64,000 nt of DNA from Nageia nagi. Taxonomy: Eukaryota > Plantae > Pinophyta. The notes beneath the pieces were generated by a model. It did not search any database, had not been told where the DNA came from, and saw only the letters and a list, made by a program, of their open reading frames with translations. The stretch lies in assembly GCA_050084985.1 (NCBI GenBank), contig JBITNC010000001.1, forward strand, positions 20,088,001 to 20,152,000, written 5' to 3'. The position numbers were made by a program, and so were the translations under genes. Shown one piece after another: positions 13,000-26,412 of this stretch. The stretch's first letter is position 1; the number at the start of each line of letters is the position of its first letter.

Positions 13000-14939
13000 A
13001 TAAGTGAAATAAACCCATATCCTAATATATTAGACTTGTTTGAATTTCCAACTCACCCCTTGACTCTTATTCCATTAATATAATTTACTCTACTAGTACT
13101 TTTATTTCAAGTACTCTAATACACACAAATGTGTTAAACAAATAAAATCACTATCCCATTCACATGTCATAACTAATGCTAGTCCAATAATAGAAAAATA
13201 AAGTAGCCTTTATTATCATGACAATAAATAATTCCATCCTTTTAAATAAACTACAAATTCCATAATTCAAATTCTCAACATTAAATATTTTAACACTAGT
13301 AGCTAAAATATGAGAAATACACCTAGACTTGAATGGAAAAATAAGAAGAGAGAGGCTCCTTTCTTCACAAATATCAAGGCCAATATTTAGAGAAGAGAGG
13401 GGATGAGTGGTTGTTCCTTTTTCTAAAGGTTTCTTAGCTATTTATAGCAAAATATTGGTGTAACCCTTCCAAAAAGTTTACTATTTGTCCACCTCAACTT
13501 TCTTTCCATGAGGGACATGGAGGCTTTTTATTTTATGATGGGATTTAACCAATTTTTTTTGTAAGTTACAAGATTTAGATAGTCTCTTAAATTATTTTCC
13601 ACACCTCATGCAAGATACCAAAATGTATGGAAATAGTATTTCAATTATTTTGCACATCTAATTCAAAATACCAAAATATATGGAAATAGTCCCTCAACCT
13701 TTAATAAATTTATTTTCACCTAACCCTAGAATTTATTACATGTGAAAGTAAAATTCTTTATTGAAAATTTTAAATTTAGGTATCTAGAATATTCCCTTGC
13801 AATATTCAAAATAGCTAATTAATTTTTCAAAGCAATTTAGGAATGCATAATAAATATTTTAGCATATAATTTTACCTACAGAGATCAACTATTCTTGAAG
13901 GTAAATTTTGTTAGCACAAGCATGGATATAATACACATAAAAAGGATCGAGTATCATGTACAATCATTATGAGATGTAATTATATAATTTACAAATGTCT
14001 TTATAGGCTATCAGTGAATTAATGCCAATCATTTCTTCACTTTTATCAATCCATTCCTATAACCAACTCATCTTTAGTTCCCTAAGATCTCCAATCTGAC
14101 TCCTATGCTAGGTTAACTTGTAATTTTTGTCACAACAACCTTGAAGCTAACATCAAACTAACATAAATATTGCATATAACCATTCATTATTAGTCATATC
14201 ATAACCCATATAGTCTCAATCTACATTCAAATTCTTGAAGGCATTCAAGTAGTGCAATTAGGTGGGACATTACATACTACCCCCCCTAAAAAGGAACACA
14301 GTCCTTATATTATTAAATACAAATAATAGAGTTTAATAGTGTTTACGTAATCACTCAAAAAATAAGGAAATTATATTCTCAAGATAGATACATCTTACCA
14401 AGTGGAAGAAGATTCAGAGTACTTGTCCCATTAGACTAAACATTCATTTATCTCCCAACTTCTTAATTTCCTAGTCCTAAAAGCTAAGATTCATTTGTAA
14501 GTTAAAAAAATCCAACACATTAGAAAGGTTAACAACATACTTTCTCAATAATAAGACATGAAAGACATCATCATTTTTGACAAACTTGGTTGAAAAACAA
14601 GTTTATAGGTAATTGGATTCTTCTTTTCAACTATTTCAAAAGGACCAACAAACTAGGGATCCAATTTGGTATAATTTATAGAACTTTTTATAGTTCAAAC
14701 TTGTAAGAATACTTTATCATTCACAATAAATTCTTCAAGAGTTATCTTGAGGTAAACATAACTCTTTTATCAGTCAACAACTTCCTTGAGCTTTTATCAT
14801 ATAGACTTGAGTTGCTCCACCATTTTCTTTAACATTTTAGGTTGGATCATCACTTGATCCTCTTGATTAGTCCAAGATAAAGGAGTTCTACATCCCCTTC
14901 AAAAAAGGACTTCAAATGGGGGCACTTTTAAATATGAAT
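13000..14939 (-). mobile_element. 3' end of a Tekay/Del-like chromovirus: integrase C-terminus, chromodomain, PPT and 3' LTR (left boundary uncertain)
   Basis: Minus strand from 14939 reads ..LKVPPFEVL(F)..GCRTPLSW..GDKVFL..KLDP*FVGPFEIVEKK..VFHVLLLRK..LRSWEINECLV*WDKYSESSSTW. PPT tttagggggggtagta (14275-14290) is followed by LTR start TGTAATGTCCC (ends at 14274 on +). Confidence 0.75.
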
Positions 14940-15478
14940 TGTTAGGATCCCAAATCCTAACATTTACCTATGTTTATTTATGCTTTAGTTAATTTAATTA
15001 TATAATTATTTGTTTGACCGTATCTTGTCCATAACTTTTGACTCAAGTATCTGTTTAAGCCCATTATTTTTCAAATTTTATAGAATTTGAACTCTAATAT
15101 ATTTCTCTATCTTAATTAATTAAGATTCTATATGAAAGGCTAAAAATATCATCTTATAGTCCAAAATGTTGTTTTAATGTTAGACCATATTTCTAACATT
15201 AGGGTAAGAGGACTATAAATTCTTGTAATAAGGCTAAATAGGGCATATGGAAAATCATTTTATTTTTTTGAGTTATAAGGAGGAAGCTCCCTTGTAGCAG
15301 CATGCGATTCATATTGCTATTTAGTAAGGTTATTTTATTTTGCTACTTATTGTTAGTTCGAGTATCTCATTCTATTTGCTTTATTTCATGCATTATGAGT
15401 TTGTGGTTATGTTGTATTTCAATATTTATTTTGGTATTTGGGGTAAACACCCATTTTTGTTTTACTAGAATCTTCATA
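14940..15478 (+). repeat. 5' LTR of the Reina-like element
   Basis: tgttaggatcccaaatcctaacatttac...tcttcata, collinear with 28896-29434. TATA (ctataaat) at ~15213. Confidence 0.9.
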
Positions 15479-15480
15479 AG

Positions 15481-15492
15481 TGGTATTAGAGA
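15481..15492 (+). promoter_or_regulatory. Primer-binding site (tRNA-iMet)
   Basis: tggtattagaga is TGGTATCAGAG(C) with a C>T change, 2 nt after the LTR. Confidence 0.8.
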
Positions 15493-16028
15493 CTCAATTT
15501 TGGCTACTTGTGGGCTTTTCTATTTGGCTACATCGAGTGAGAAAGATAGAAATTATCCTTTTTACAATAAAAAATCTGGCCATTTCATTTTTAGATTGGA
15601 AGGTTGCATCAAAGTGAAACTCTAGAAATTCCTATTTTTTCCAACCAAAATTCCATTCTTTTTTTTAGAATATCAAGAAACCCTTAAACTTGTCACCCAA
15701 CTAGTTTGTATTCCACATGGAGGGCAGAAGATCTTAAGATCCCACCTTGGAAAAATTAGGTCATGAGGTTAAACAAATTTGAGTTTAACTTGGTGGAGTT
15801 AACCTTCAATTAGCTCTTCAAGATATAAATGATAAGCTTATGGGATTGACCACTAAATATGATTCAATGAAAATAGGTTTACCATAGGTACAAAATTTTA
15901 TATAGGTACGTAAAACCAACTTCATCAAGTTCAGGTTTCAATAATCTTTAGGGCATGATACTTAAATGTAGGCATAGTTGGTGTATATGAGAGGTCCCCA
16001 AGCCTTCATCCTCCCACAAATAGTGAAG

Positions 16029-17665
16029 ATGGATTTTCCTAAACTTGAAGGAGAGGGACCAACAAGCTATATTTATAGAGAAAAAATATATTTTATGTTG
16101 AATCAAATTCTTGAGTCTAAGAATATCAATATCACTTCTTTCCATTTCGAGAACAAGGCCATTCAGTGGTACTAATTGTCCAAAAAAACTAATGGGACCC
16201 CATGTTGGGGGGATTTTACATAAACTTTGTTGGTATGGTTTGGCCCAAGTGATTTTGAGGATTTACAAGAGCCCTTACAAAACTATGATAGACATTAATG
16301 GTGAAGGAATATCAAACATAATTTGAAAACCTTGAAATTCGCACAAAGGGATTAGATGAAGCTTTTTTTAGGAATTGCTTCATTAGTGGGATGAAGGAAT
16401 ACATCAAGGTAGAATTAAAAATATGTTATCCTACCATTATGATATAAGCTATTGGATTGGCCAAATTGGTAGAAGACAAATTCAATGCCCAACGTAGATA
16501 AGGGAAGTAACCATTCAATAAACCATAAGGTTCTCAAGCTACTCCAAAACTTATATGTTCATTTCAAATTAAGTGGCTCAATCAAGAGGAAATGAATGAG
16601 CACAAAGTGAAGAGTATTTACTATAATTGTGATAAAAAGTATGCACCTAGCCATAGGTGTACTACATAGAGGTTGTATTTACTTGATACCAATATTTTTG
16701 ATGATTCAAAGGATGAGACTATTATTGAGGAAGAAGCTAGTGAGCTTGAAACAATTGAAGAAGAAATAATTTATTATAGTTCTCTTGTAGGAATCACAAC
16801 ACCTTAAATAATAAATGATAATGGATATTTCAAAAAATAGTCCATCATTATTTTACTTGACTCTAGAAATACATATAATTTCATTGAACCTAATGTGTCC
16901 AAATAGGCTAATTGTTTTATTTATCCTCAAAATAATTTTAATGTAATGATTGGAAATGGAGGTATAATTTCTTGCAAGAGAAAATACCACAATGTTAAGC
17001 TCAACATGGGTGACTATCACATTCAGAATGATATATATGTACTTTCATTAGGAGGGTGTGATGTGATCTTAGGAGGTCAATGGTTACACACATTGGGATG
17101 AATATTATGGGACATCATTAAACTATGGATGAAATTAATTATTGAAGGATATATGTATCATCTTACCATACTACATGTTGGTCCATCATAGATTATAAGT
17201 TCTCATCATATGGAGAAGCTAATTTAGAAAGGAAAAAATGAGATGGTAGGAAAACTATTTGCACTACATACAACTACTCAAGGTGGAGAGGGAGGTTAAT
17301 TAGTAGAGATACAAAAATTCTTAGCATACCATGATAGAGTTTTTGAACAACCAAAAAGGCTACCCCCCAATCAACCTCAATACCACATTATAAAACTAAT
17401 CCCTAGTAGTCAACCACCCAATATTTGTACTTATCTCTATCCTTGTTTAGAAAATGAGGAAATTGGAAAGCTAGGCCAAGAGATGTTGGAAGCAAGGATT
17501 ATCAGGCTGAGTGTTAGTCCTTATTGTTCACCTATCATATTAGTCCCCAAAAAGAATGGCTCTTAGAGGTTGTCCATATACTTTTAGGATTTCAACAAAG
17601 TCATTGTAAAAGATAAATTCCTTATTCCCATTATTGATAAATTATTGGATGAGCTACATGGAGCC
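16029..17665 (+). pseudogene. gag-pol: Reina-like gag, protease and RT N-terminus
   Basis: MDFPKLEGEGPTSYIYREKIYF..FHFENKAIQWY; CFISGMKEYIK; YYNCDKKYAPSHRC; protease ILLDSRNTYNFI..GCDVILGGQWLHTLG; RT SVSPYCSPIILVPKKNGS..KDKFLIPIIDKLLDELHGA. Confidence 0.85.
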
Positions 17666-20477
17666 TATTGTGGGACTTTTTCTTTCCTACTTTGCTAATA
17701 GGAAAATGATTTTTCTTACAAGGCATATGGAAAACACCAACAACTAAGTGGTAAGGTATGATCCCTACCCACTATGAGGATTGGTTACCTCAAAGGTATC
17801 ATGATTTGGATGTGTAAGAAGTGACTTAGGAGACTATTTAAGAAGTTTAAAGTTGTTTACAACTCAAATAAAATTTATTAATCAAGGGCTTAAATGGTTT
17901 GTGTCTCTATAAAAGGATCATTTCTCAAAAAAGTTAAAAATTAGATTGTAAAAGTTACAAAAAAAAAAATAATAAAAGAAAAATGGTATATTAGAGTATG
18001 ATATATGAATTGGGAGAAAGTGCATATATTCTCACTAATTAATGTAAGGAATGAGACTTGCTTCTTTGATATTGATATAAGTTCCACACACTCCTATCCC
18101 TATCACTAACCAACTACATGAATGTACTTGTGCAAGGAGCATGAAGCTATGGGAAAGGGTTGTTGTAAAGTAGATAATGGGTGAATCCTCAATAGTGGAG
18201 TGTTCTTGTGCTAAGAGACACAAAACAAGTCATCCCAAACAACACAAGTCTTATATAAAAATCATGAACCATTATACATCATATCTCACTCAAAGATTAG
18301 TTCAATTGGTTTTCAACAAACTCTTTCATTCACCTCAATACAAGGTTTATGAAATGAACTAAGAAACTAGAGAAAAATAAGATAGAAATATCATTCCTCC
18401 ACTAGATTCAATAGGGCATTCAACACATGGTCATGATTTCATTGATGAGAGCATTCACCATTTAATTTCTTGAGATAATAACACATTTGTAAATGGAGTA
18501 ACTTGTATATTTAGAAATAATATTTAAGTTTCTCACAAGTGCAAAATGTCTAATCTTATACAAATGAACACAAATAGGATATAAATGGTTTTCTTGGAAA
18601 CCCTAAGTGATTCCCTAACCCTAATTATAAAATATGAGAAAATATAAATGGTCCAATCATAAAGTACCACATGGCATTATAAGACTTCTTCCAAGCTTAT
18701 AGGAGAAAATCCTCATTTTTCATAAGTTTGGGAATTAAATATTAATATAATAAATTATTTTATCAAAATAAAAATCATTTTCTTCAAAATAAAAATAAAC
18801 TTAAAAATTTCAACTAAGATGATGGTGGGCCCAAAGTTGCAAGACATTCCTCAAAATCCTTATCAATAACTTGGTTGTCATATTTGAATTATGCACCATC
18901 TATGAGTTCCTTACCAAAAAATAGATGTGGAGGTGAGGGTATGCTCCTAGGGTTGACATATGCCTAGAAAAGATAATATTTTATCTTTATGAAGCATGCA
19001 CTCAACTAGGAGCTTCATGTTCTTTTCACTTTTATCATCTTGGCTCTCCAACTTATCTCTTTTCACCTTGCATCTAGGACTCCTCCCAAGCTAGGCATAT
19101 GTTTTAAAAAGATAAGATTTTATATTTTGAAATAGTGCACTAAACCCATCAAGTGAACCAATTGGAATGTATGTTTGAAAAGGATAATATTTTCACTTTT
19201 AAAATGATGCACCCAACCTTCAAATCATGCTTGAGTCAAATACTAGCATCAAAAATTTCATGCCTTAGTTAATTTTTCACCATTAGATAAAACTAGGCAT
19301 CTCCTTGTCTTAGGACCACACTACATAATGATAAGATTTTATGTTTTGAAATAGTGCTCCTAACTCCAATCATGCCAATTCGAGTGCATGTTCCAAAAAG
19401 ATAAGATTTTATATTTTTGAGGCATGTATTGGGTTGCACTTTCCAATTTTATCTTATTTTAGGGCCTTAGTAAGTGGAAATTAGCCAAATTTATATTATT
19501 TTTCTACAACTGGTGTCTCCTTGGGTTAGGATCATGCTACATAAAGATAATATTTTATCTTATGAAATTGTGCTCCTAACTCCTCGGGCTAGGAGCATAC
19601 TACAAAAAGATAATATTTTATCTTTTGAAATGATGCTCCTAAATCCCTAGCCTAGGAGCATACTATAGAAAGATAATATTTTATCTTTTGAAATGGTGCT
19701 CCTAACTCCCTAAGGCATTCTTAAATTGGATGCTAGTTTGAGGAGTCCATGCCTTAGTCAAATTTTCTCATGAAATCAAACTAGATGCCTCTTTATCATG
19801 ATTGCATGCCCTCAAAATATAATATTTTATCTTTTTGAGGCTTGTGCTTGCCTCGTAGGTACTTGGACTCCACTTTCTCACCTTTGAACTTGACTTATGT
19901 GGCCTTTTAGCTTGAGCACATTCTTCCAAAATACAAGATTTTATCTTTTTGAGGTATGGGCTAGACTTGAAGTGCTTCTAACTTACCTTCTTCATCCTCC
20001 ATTCTGATCTAGAATGCTCCTCAACCCAAGATATGCCCCAAAAAGATAATATTTTATCTTTTAAAGGCATACATTGGACCTAAGAGTGGACCAATTTGAC
20101 TTTATTGAACTTGATTCTAGTTTGGATAGCCCTAGAACCAAGAACACATCCTAGAACGATAAAATCTTATATTTTTGAAGCATGCATTAGACCTAGGAAT
20201 TGCTCAATTTCATTTGACTTAGATCCAACTTGGCTTGGTTCCCATAATTTCCCTAAGGTCAACTTTTGATTTTCTAGATTTACCCATTTTTTTTGGGATT
20301 TCAAATTTTTACTTTAAGTGAATGATAACACTTAGGCTTGGGGAAAAAAGGCATAATAACTAGTTCATATGAAGCTCTTCAAGTTGGATAAGACAAACAT
20401 ATGACACTATATAAACATGAGTTATTGATTTTCCCCAAAATCATAATATTTTAGAGCATTTTGTGTTATTCATAACA
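17666..20477 (-). repeat. 3' LTR (~2.8 kb) of the nested element
   Basis: Collinear with 23807-26412 along its whole length. Ends cataaca. Confidence 0.85.
18960..20190. repeat. Array of ~12 palindromic repeats AAAAGATAA-(G/T)ATT-TTATCTTTT with variable spacers
   Basis: Copies near 18968, 19106, 19178, 19327, 19396, 19542, 19605, 19668, 19814, 19928, 20041 and 20153. Three are in a 63-bp tandem. Confidence 0.9.
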
Positions 20478-21699
20478 ATAGCTAAAATAAAATAATAATA
20501 CTAAAATAAATGGAATGAGCAAACTTGATTATAGATGACAACATATGGAGCATTAACAACTAGATACCCTAGGATGGAACCTATATAGGTGGATACATAG
20601 TGACTTTCCTCATTCATAGGGAATGAGCTATTATTAGCATCATCACTCATTATTGCATCACCAATTTCATTATAGTGAGTGAACTCTCACTAGCTATTTG
20701 AGTAGCCATCAGGACACCTACATTTTAGTCCAATTCTGAGGACATTGTATTCATTCAAAGTGTCTATTCCAACTATAGTATTCAATTAAAAAGGGAAATA
20801 TACCCTTGATCTTGATCACTCTTATGAACACTTTCATCACTTTTTACATCAAATAATCATTTAGAATCACTTAAAGTGTCTATTCCAACTATAGTATTTG
20901 GGGAAAAGGAAAACTAGTCCTTGAGCTCATGCGCTCTATGTAGTGTTCCCAATGATACGATTCAAAGATCATTTTTTTTTTTTGCAAAATAAGAGGACAA
21001 TTAGCACACTATTTACACTATAGTACAACTTTAAGGGGCTTAAATTGTAATTGATACCTAGATCAAAAATCTTTTTACAAATAAGAGGATACTTAACACA
21101 CTATTTACATTATAGATGATAGCAACATCTTCAAGTTGCCCTTCATCCTATAATATGGAATTATTTTTAGAGTATATATGATTGAGGTCCTCATATGAAT
21201 TCAAATCTTGATTTGATTCATAACTACTTTTTTCTCCATTTAGGTGCATTTTACTTAACCAATTATTTGATTATGAGTAGTGAGACAAAGATTCTTCAAG
21301 TTCTTTTAACTCCAACTTTGGAAATAACTCTACTTAATATGCTCATTTTTCTTCCATAGTACCTCCATTTATGTGTGAGGTTGATGATCCCTCTATTATA
21401 ACACTTTGTTATCCAATATCATGTAGCTCAAATATTGGATCCTTAACATCTGATTTAGCATCCATCCTAAGAAATGGGTTACCCATGGATTGATATTCAT
21501 CTTCATGCTTCTATGAGGGAATTGGATCATGATCAAATTCATTATCAACATTGTCTTATTCCCACATCTCCCTATAAAAACCATCAAGGCATATGTATAG
21601 CTCCTTGTCTCCATTTTCTCCTTTATCTTAATCCACTAGGAGGGTGAGATATTCATGTTATTTAAATACATATATCCATTCCTTACCAAATATGGTAGA

Positions 21700-22500
21700 G
21701 AAAATACTTGAAATATCAAGCACCTAGATGTTCACAAAATACAAAGATGATGATCATACAAGGTTTGTGAGGATATTCTTTAAAATACCCCTCATCTAAA
21801 AATTACTATCAACACCTATAGGGTCCTTGTCATCTACTACTATTGGTACAACTCCAATGTCCTTACAAGCTTCATATGTCATCATGTTGAAGTCAATTAT
21901 AGAGCTTACTCTACAATTGGTAAATTTTCTATCCTTGAGGCACATAGATATTGTGAATTCATGCCTCTAAGATTCCTAAGCATTCTCTTCTTCATACTAT
22001 GGATTAAGTGGTTTCTTCTAGTTCTAATGCCATGGGTGGAAAGTTATCTTTTGGGTACTCATCCTCAACTTCACTCTCATGGTTTCTTAGCATTCTCATC
22101 TAGTAGGGTTCATCCTTAAAGAAAAATTAAAATACAAGATTTGGGTCTAGTATATCTTAACATGTGGGTTTGGTTGTCCTTTGATATTCCACATGGGATT
22201 AGTTATTGAAATCTTTTCCACTATATTCCTCTCCATTTTTAGATGGCTCAATAGTGGTGGAAAATATTCTATCCATAGGAATCCCCATTCCTTGCTAAAT
22301 AAGATCAAGTAGGTAACCTTACATGGTACATTAATTACAAATATATCCAATGAATATTTTGTTTTTGATCTTATGGATTATATATATAAATATTCTTCAA
22401 GACACCTACTATTCATACATCACCATCAAAACATCTCATAATTTTATTGTAAGGTGTTACAGTAAAACCAACTCCACAACATAGTGCATGTGACATAAAA
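21700..22500 (-). pseudogene. Decayed gag C-terminus / aspartic-protease-like segment without a catalytic DSG
   Basis: Minus strand ~21960-21780 reads EFTISMCLKDRKFTNCRVSSIIDFNMMTYEACKDIGV..MRGILKNI, matching in position the Tat protease pattern F.I.L......NC.LDSGA..N.M. A WFYCNTLQ..CFDG Cys-rich segment lies near 22470. Confidence 0.5.
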
Positions 22501-23806
22501 GTTCATTTGGAATTAGAATTTACCTTACAATCATGAAATATTTTATTTATAGGGCAAAATTCTATGGATAATGAAGGGGATTGACGTGCTTCTTAATTTT
22601 GAGTGAAATATTTGAATGGAAAAGGAGTGAGTTTCTCATTCACTTTGCTATCTTCACAACTTTCAAATACATTGAGACTTGAGGAATTGAAGAGGTCCAA
22701 GGAGTGGAACCATTTTTTACCAAGTTGGATTGGAGTTGGAAATATATCCTTTGGAATATATACCATCACAAAGTCTAGAGAACTTTGCATTTTTGACCCA
22801 ATGGCTTGCACATAAACATTCTCTACTATCTTGACCATCCATGGGTGGACATGTTCCTAGAGGCCCAAGATTGGGATGGGAATGAGTCCAATTTCATGAT
22901 AGGTGTAAAGTGTTATGAGATTGAGATTGGAGCAAGTATCTACCACATAATTATGAAATTATTTTCCTTCAAGGGATAAAGATATCATGTTTAGCTAAAT
23001 CTCCTTCTTCTCTTCTTAGATAACTTCTTCTTTTGGGATCAACTCTTGTATCATGAGATATTTAGCCTTATAATTTATGTTGTTTCATTTTGTACACTAG
23101 TCAAGCTTGTGCAACATGTGGAGGAGGTGCATGGGAATCATGTTGATGTCTTCTATTCATCATTTGTTCTTTCTTAAACTATTCTACATCATCTCTTAAT
23201 TACCATAAGGCACCTTTTATTCAATATAATTCCTCATATTGCATATGCTACACAAGTGCATAACCCCATCTCCACAATATTTCTATATAACATTTGGAAA
23301 TGTCAAACCTAGGATTATTGGGTGAACTTGGAAGATTTTTAGGATCATTAGAGATGGAATAAGTCATTTGCATTGGTGCAACCTAACCGCTTATGTGATC
23401 CCATGTGTTAGATTGAGTTGGACACATTGATTGTATTAGCCATGTTCAATGATTGAAGTTCACACCTTGAACTAGTAGTTGGTTTATGATAGAAATCAAA
23501 TTAGTAGTCCCTCTTGTTTGAGGTTGTGTATAACTAGGTGAAATATATGGTTAGCCTTAAGAGTTTCCTAACATACGTCCTAACCACCATGATATTGTTT
23601 CCATGATTGTGTAATATGATGGATATAGGAACCATCAAATAATGTCCTTCTAGGACTTAGGATGTGTACTTGTGGTATGCTAGTAACAAAGGCTTGGATA
23701 TCTTGTTTAGTGTATGCATTTGTTCAAAGGACTTAAGTAAAAAAAAAAAAAAAACTAAAAAGAAAAACAACTCTTACTAAATACAAATATAGTTCTAGCA
23801 CCAATT

Positions 23807-26412
23807 TATCTTGGAGGATTTTTCTTTCCTACCATGCTAATATGAAAATGAGCTTGCAAGGCTTATGGAAGATACCAATACCTAAGTGGTAGGGCATGAC
23901 CCCTACTTTCTATGATGACTGGTTACCTCAAAGATATCATTAATGGGATATGCAAGAAGTGACTCAAGAGACTAGTTAAGATGTTTAAAGTTGTTTCCAA
24001 CTAAAACAAAATTTGTTAATCAAGGGCTCAAAGGATCCTTGTCTCCAAAAAATGGTCATTTCTTAAAAAAGGTAAGAATTAGGTTGCAAAAGTCATGAAA
24101 AAAATGGAAAATAAAATAAAAAGGGTAGAATAGATAATAGTATAGGAATTGGGCATAAGTGTGTATATTCTCACCAACTAGTGTAAGGAATGGGACCTAC
24201 TTCCTCCAAGATTGATGCAATTTCCATGTACTCCTTATCCCTATCACTAACCAACTACATGAATGGACTAGTGCAAGGAGCATGAAGCTACAGGCAAGGG
24301 TGGTTGTAAAGTAGATCATGGGTGAATCTTCAATAGCATAGTGAATTTGTTACAATAAGTGATAAAAAATAAGTTATCCCAAATAACACAAGTCATATAT
24401 ACAAATCATGAACTAATGCACATCATATATCACCCTAAGTATTTCCCCAACCCTAATTAGAAAATATGATAAAATACAAATGGTCCAATCATAAAGTGCC
24501 ACATGGTATTACAAGACTTATTCTAAGCTTGTGGGAGCAAATCATCATCCATAACAAGTTTGAGAATTAAATACTAATATAATAAAGTACTTTATCAAAA
24601 TAAAATTAAAAATAAAATTAAGATCTACAACCCATTCCTTGAAATTCTTATCAAGAACTTGGTTCTTATATTCAAACCATGTACCATCTCTAAGGTCCTT
24701 TCTAGAAAGTAGATGTGGGGATGAGGGTATGCTCTTGGGGCTAGTACATTTATAGAAAAGATAAGATTTTATCTTTTTAAAGCATGTGTTCAAATGGGAG
24801 CTTCATAACCTTTGTATTATTACCATCTTGGCTCTGTAACTTATCTTCTTTGGCCTTTCATCTCCTAAACCTATCTTTTCCAAGACCTAAACTTGTCAAA
24901 TTTTATCATCAAGTGCATCCAAGACTCCTCCTAGGCTAGGTGCATGTTTCAAAAAGATAAGATATTATCTTTTGAAATGGCACACTCAACCTACTAGTTG
25001 AACTAGTTGGAGTGCATGTTTGAAAAAGATAAGATTTTATCTTTTGAAATGGTGTACACAACCTTCCATTCATGCTTGATTTGGATACTAGCTTTAAATT
25101 TTTCATACCTTAGCCAAACTTTCACCATTGAATCAAATTAAGCATCTCCTTTCATTAGGACCATGCTATATAAAGATAATATTTTATGTTTTGAAATGGT
25201 TCTCCTAACTCCAATCATGCTAGTTTGAGTGTATGTTCTAGAAAGATAATATTTTATCTTTTTAAGGCATGCAATGGGTTGTTCTTGCCTAGTTTATTTT
25301 GTTTCAAGGCCTTAACAAGTGGTATGTAGCCAAATTTTCATATTTTTCTAGAATTGGTGTCTCCCTAGGTTAGGATCATGCTACAAAAAGATAAGATTTT
25401 ATCTTTTGAAATAGTGCTCCTAACTCCCTGGGCTAGGAGCATGCTACAAAAGACAAGATTTTATCTTTTGAAATGGTGCTCCTAACTCCTTGGGTTAGGA
25501 GCATCTATAGAAAGATAAGATTTTTTCTTTTGAAATGGTGCTCCTAACTTCTTGGTCTAGGAGCATGCTATAGAATGACACAATTTTATCTTTTGAAATG
25601 ATGCTCTTAACTCCCTAGGTCATGCCTAAGCTAAATGATGGTTTGAGGTGTCCATGACTTAGCCAAATTTCCTCATGAGATCAGACTATATGTCTCTTTT
25701 TCATGAGCATATACCCTCTAGAGATAAGATTTTATCTTTTTTAGGCATGCACTTGCCTCTTGGTTACTTGGTTTGTACTTTCTCATCTTTGAACTCGACC
25801 TATGTGGCCTTCTAGCTTGAGGGAATGCTCCCAAAAGATAAGATTTTTCCTTTTTGAGGTATGCACTAGAATTGAGGTACCTCTAGCTTGCCTTCTTTAT
25901 CCTTCCTTATGATATAGAGTGCCCATATACCCAAGTGCATGCCCTAGGAAGATAAGATTTTATCATTTTAAAGCATGCATTAGTCTTTTGAAGGCATGCA
26001 TTGGGTGTAAGAGTGGCCCAATTTTCCTTTTTTAAACTTGATTTTGGTTTAGACAACCTCTATACTTGAGAACAAATCTTAGAAAGATAAAATATTATCT
26101 TTTTTAAGCATATGTTAGGCCTAGGACTGGTCCAATTTCATTTGAAGTAGCTCTCACTTGGCTTGTTTCCCCTAATTTTCTTGAGGACTTTTGGTTTTCC
26201 AGACTTAGCAATTTTTTTGGGATTTCAAATTTTATTTAACATGAATAAGATCAAGCGAATGGTAACACTTAGGTTTGGGAAAAAAGGCATGATAACTAAC
26301 TCATACAAACCTCTTCAATTTGGATAAGAAAAAAATATGACACTATATGGAAACAAGTTGTTTAAGATCCCCAAAATTGTAGGACTTGGGGTGTATTATG
26401 CTAGTCACAATA
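23807..26412 (-). repeat. 5' LTR (~2.6 kb) of the nested element
   Basis: Homologous to 17666-20477 but lacks ~310 bp (18289-18600 equivalent) at ~24433. Ends cacaata before the TSD. Confidence 0.85.
24750..26115. repeat. Second palindromic repeat array (~13 copies)
   Basis: Same AAAAGATAAGATTTTATCTTTT motif. The 63-bp tandem block has four units (~25385, 25447, 25510, 25573) versus three in the other LTR. Confidence 0.9.

Larger units (their letters stand above)
17666..26412 (-). mobile_element. Non-autonomous long-LTR retroelement (LARD/TR-GAG-like), 5-bp TSD GAGCC
   Basis: GAGCC at 17661-17665 and 26413-26417 splits the host RT motif ELHGA|KY. LTRs at 17666-20477 and ~23807-26412. PBS-like tggtgctagaac (minus strand, ~23792-23803). 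The 3.3-kb interior has only a decayed gag/protease-like segment and no RT or IN. Confidence 0.88.

Noticed and set aside
15302-15625. 107-aa hydrophobic ORF as a membrane or env-like protein
   Set aside because: It spans the T-rich U5, PBS and leader of an LTR. The hydrophobicity follows from base composition.
17666-26412. Non-canonical TA...TA LTR termini (tattgtg...cacaata)
   Set aside because: The inner LTR end reads cataaca, implying an ancestral TGTTGTG...CACAACA with methylation-type decay, as at other termini in the window.
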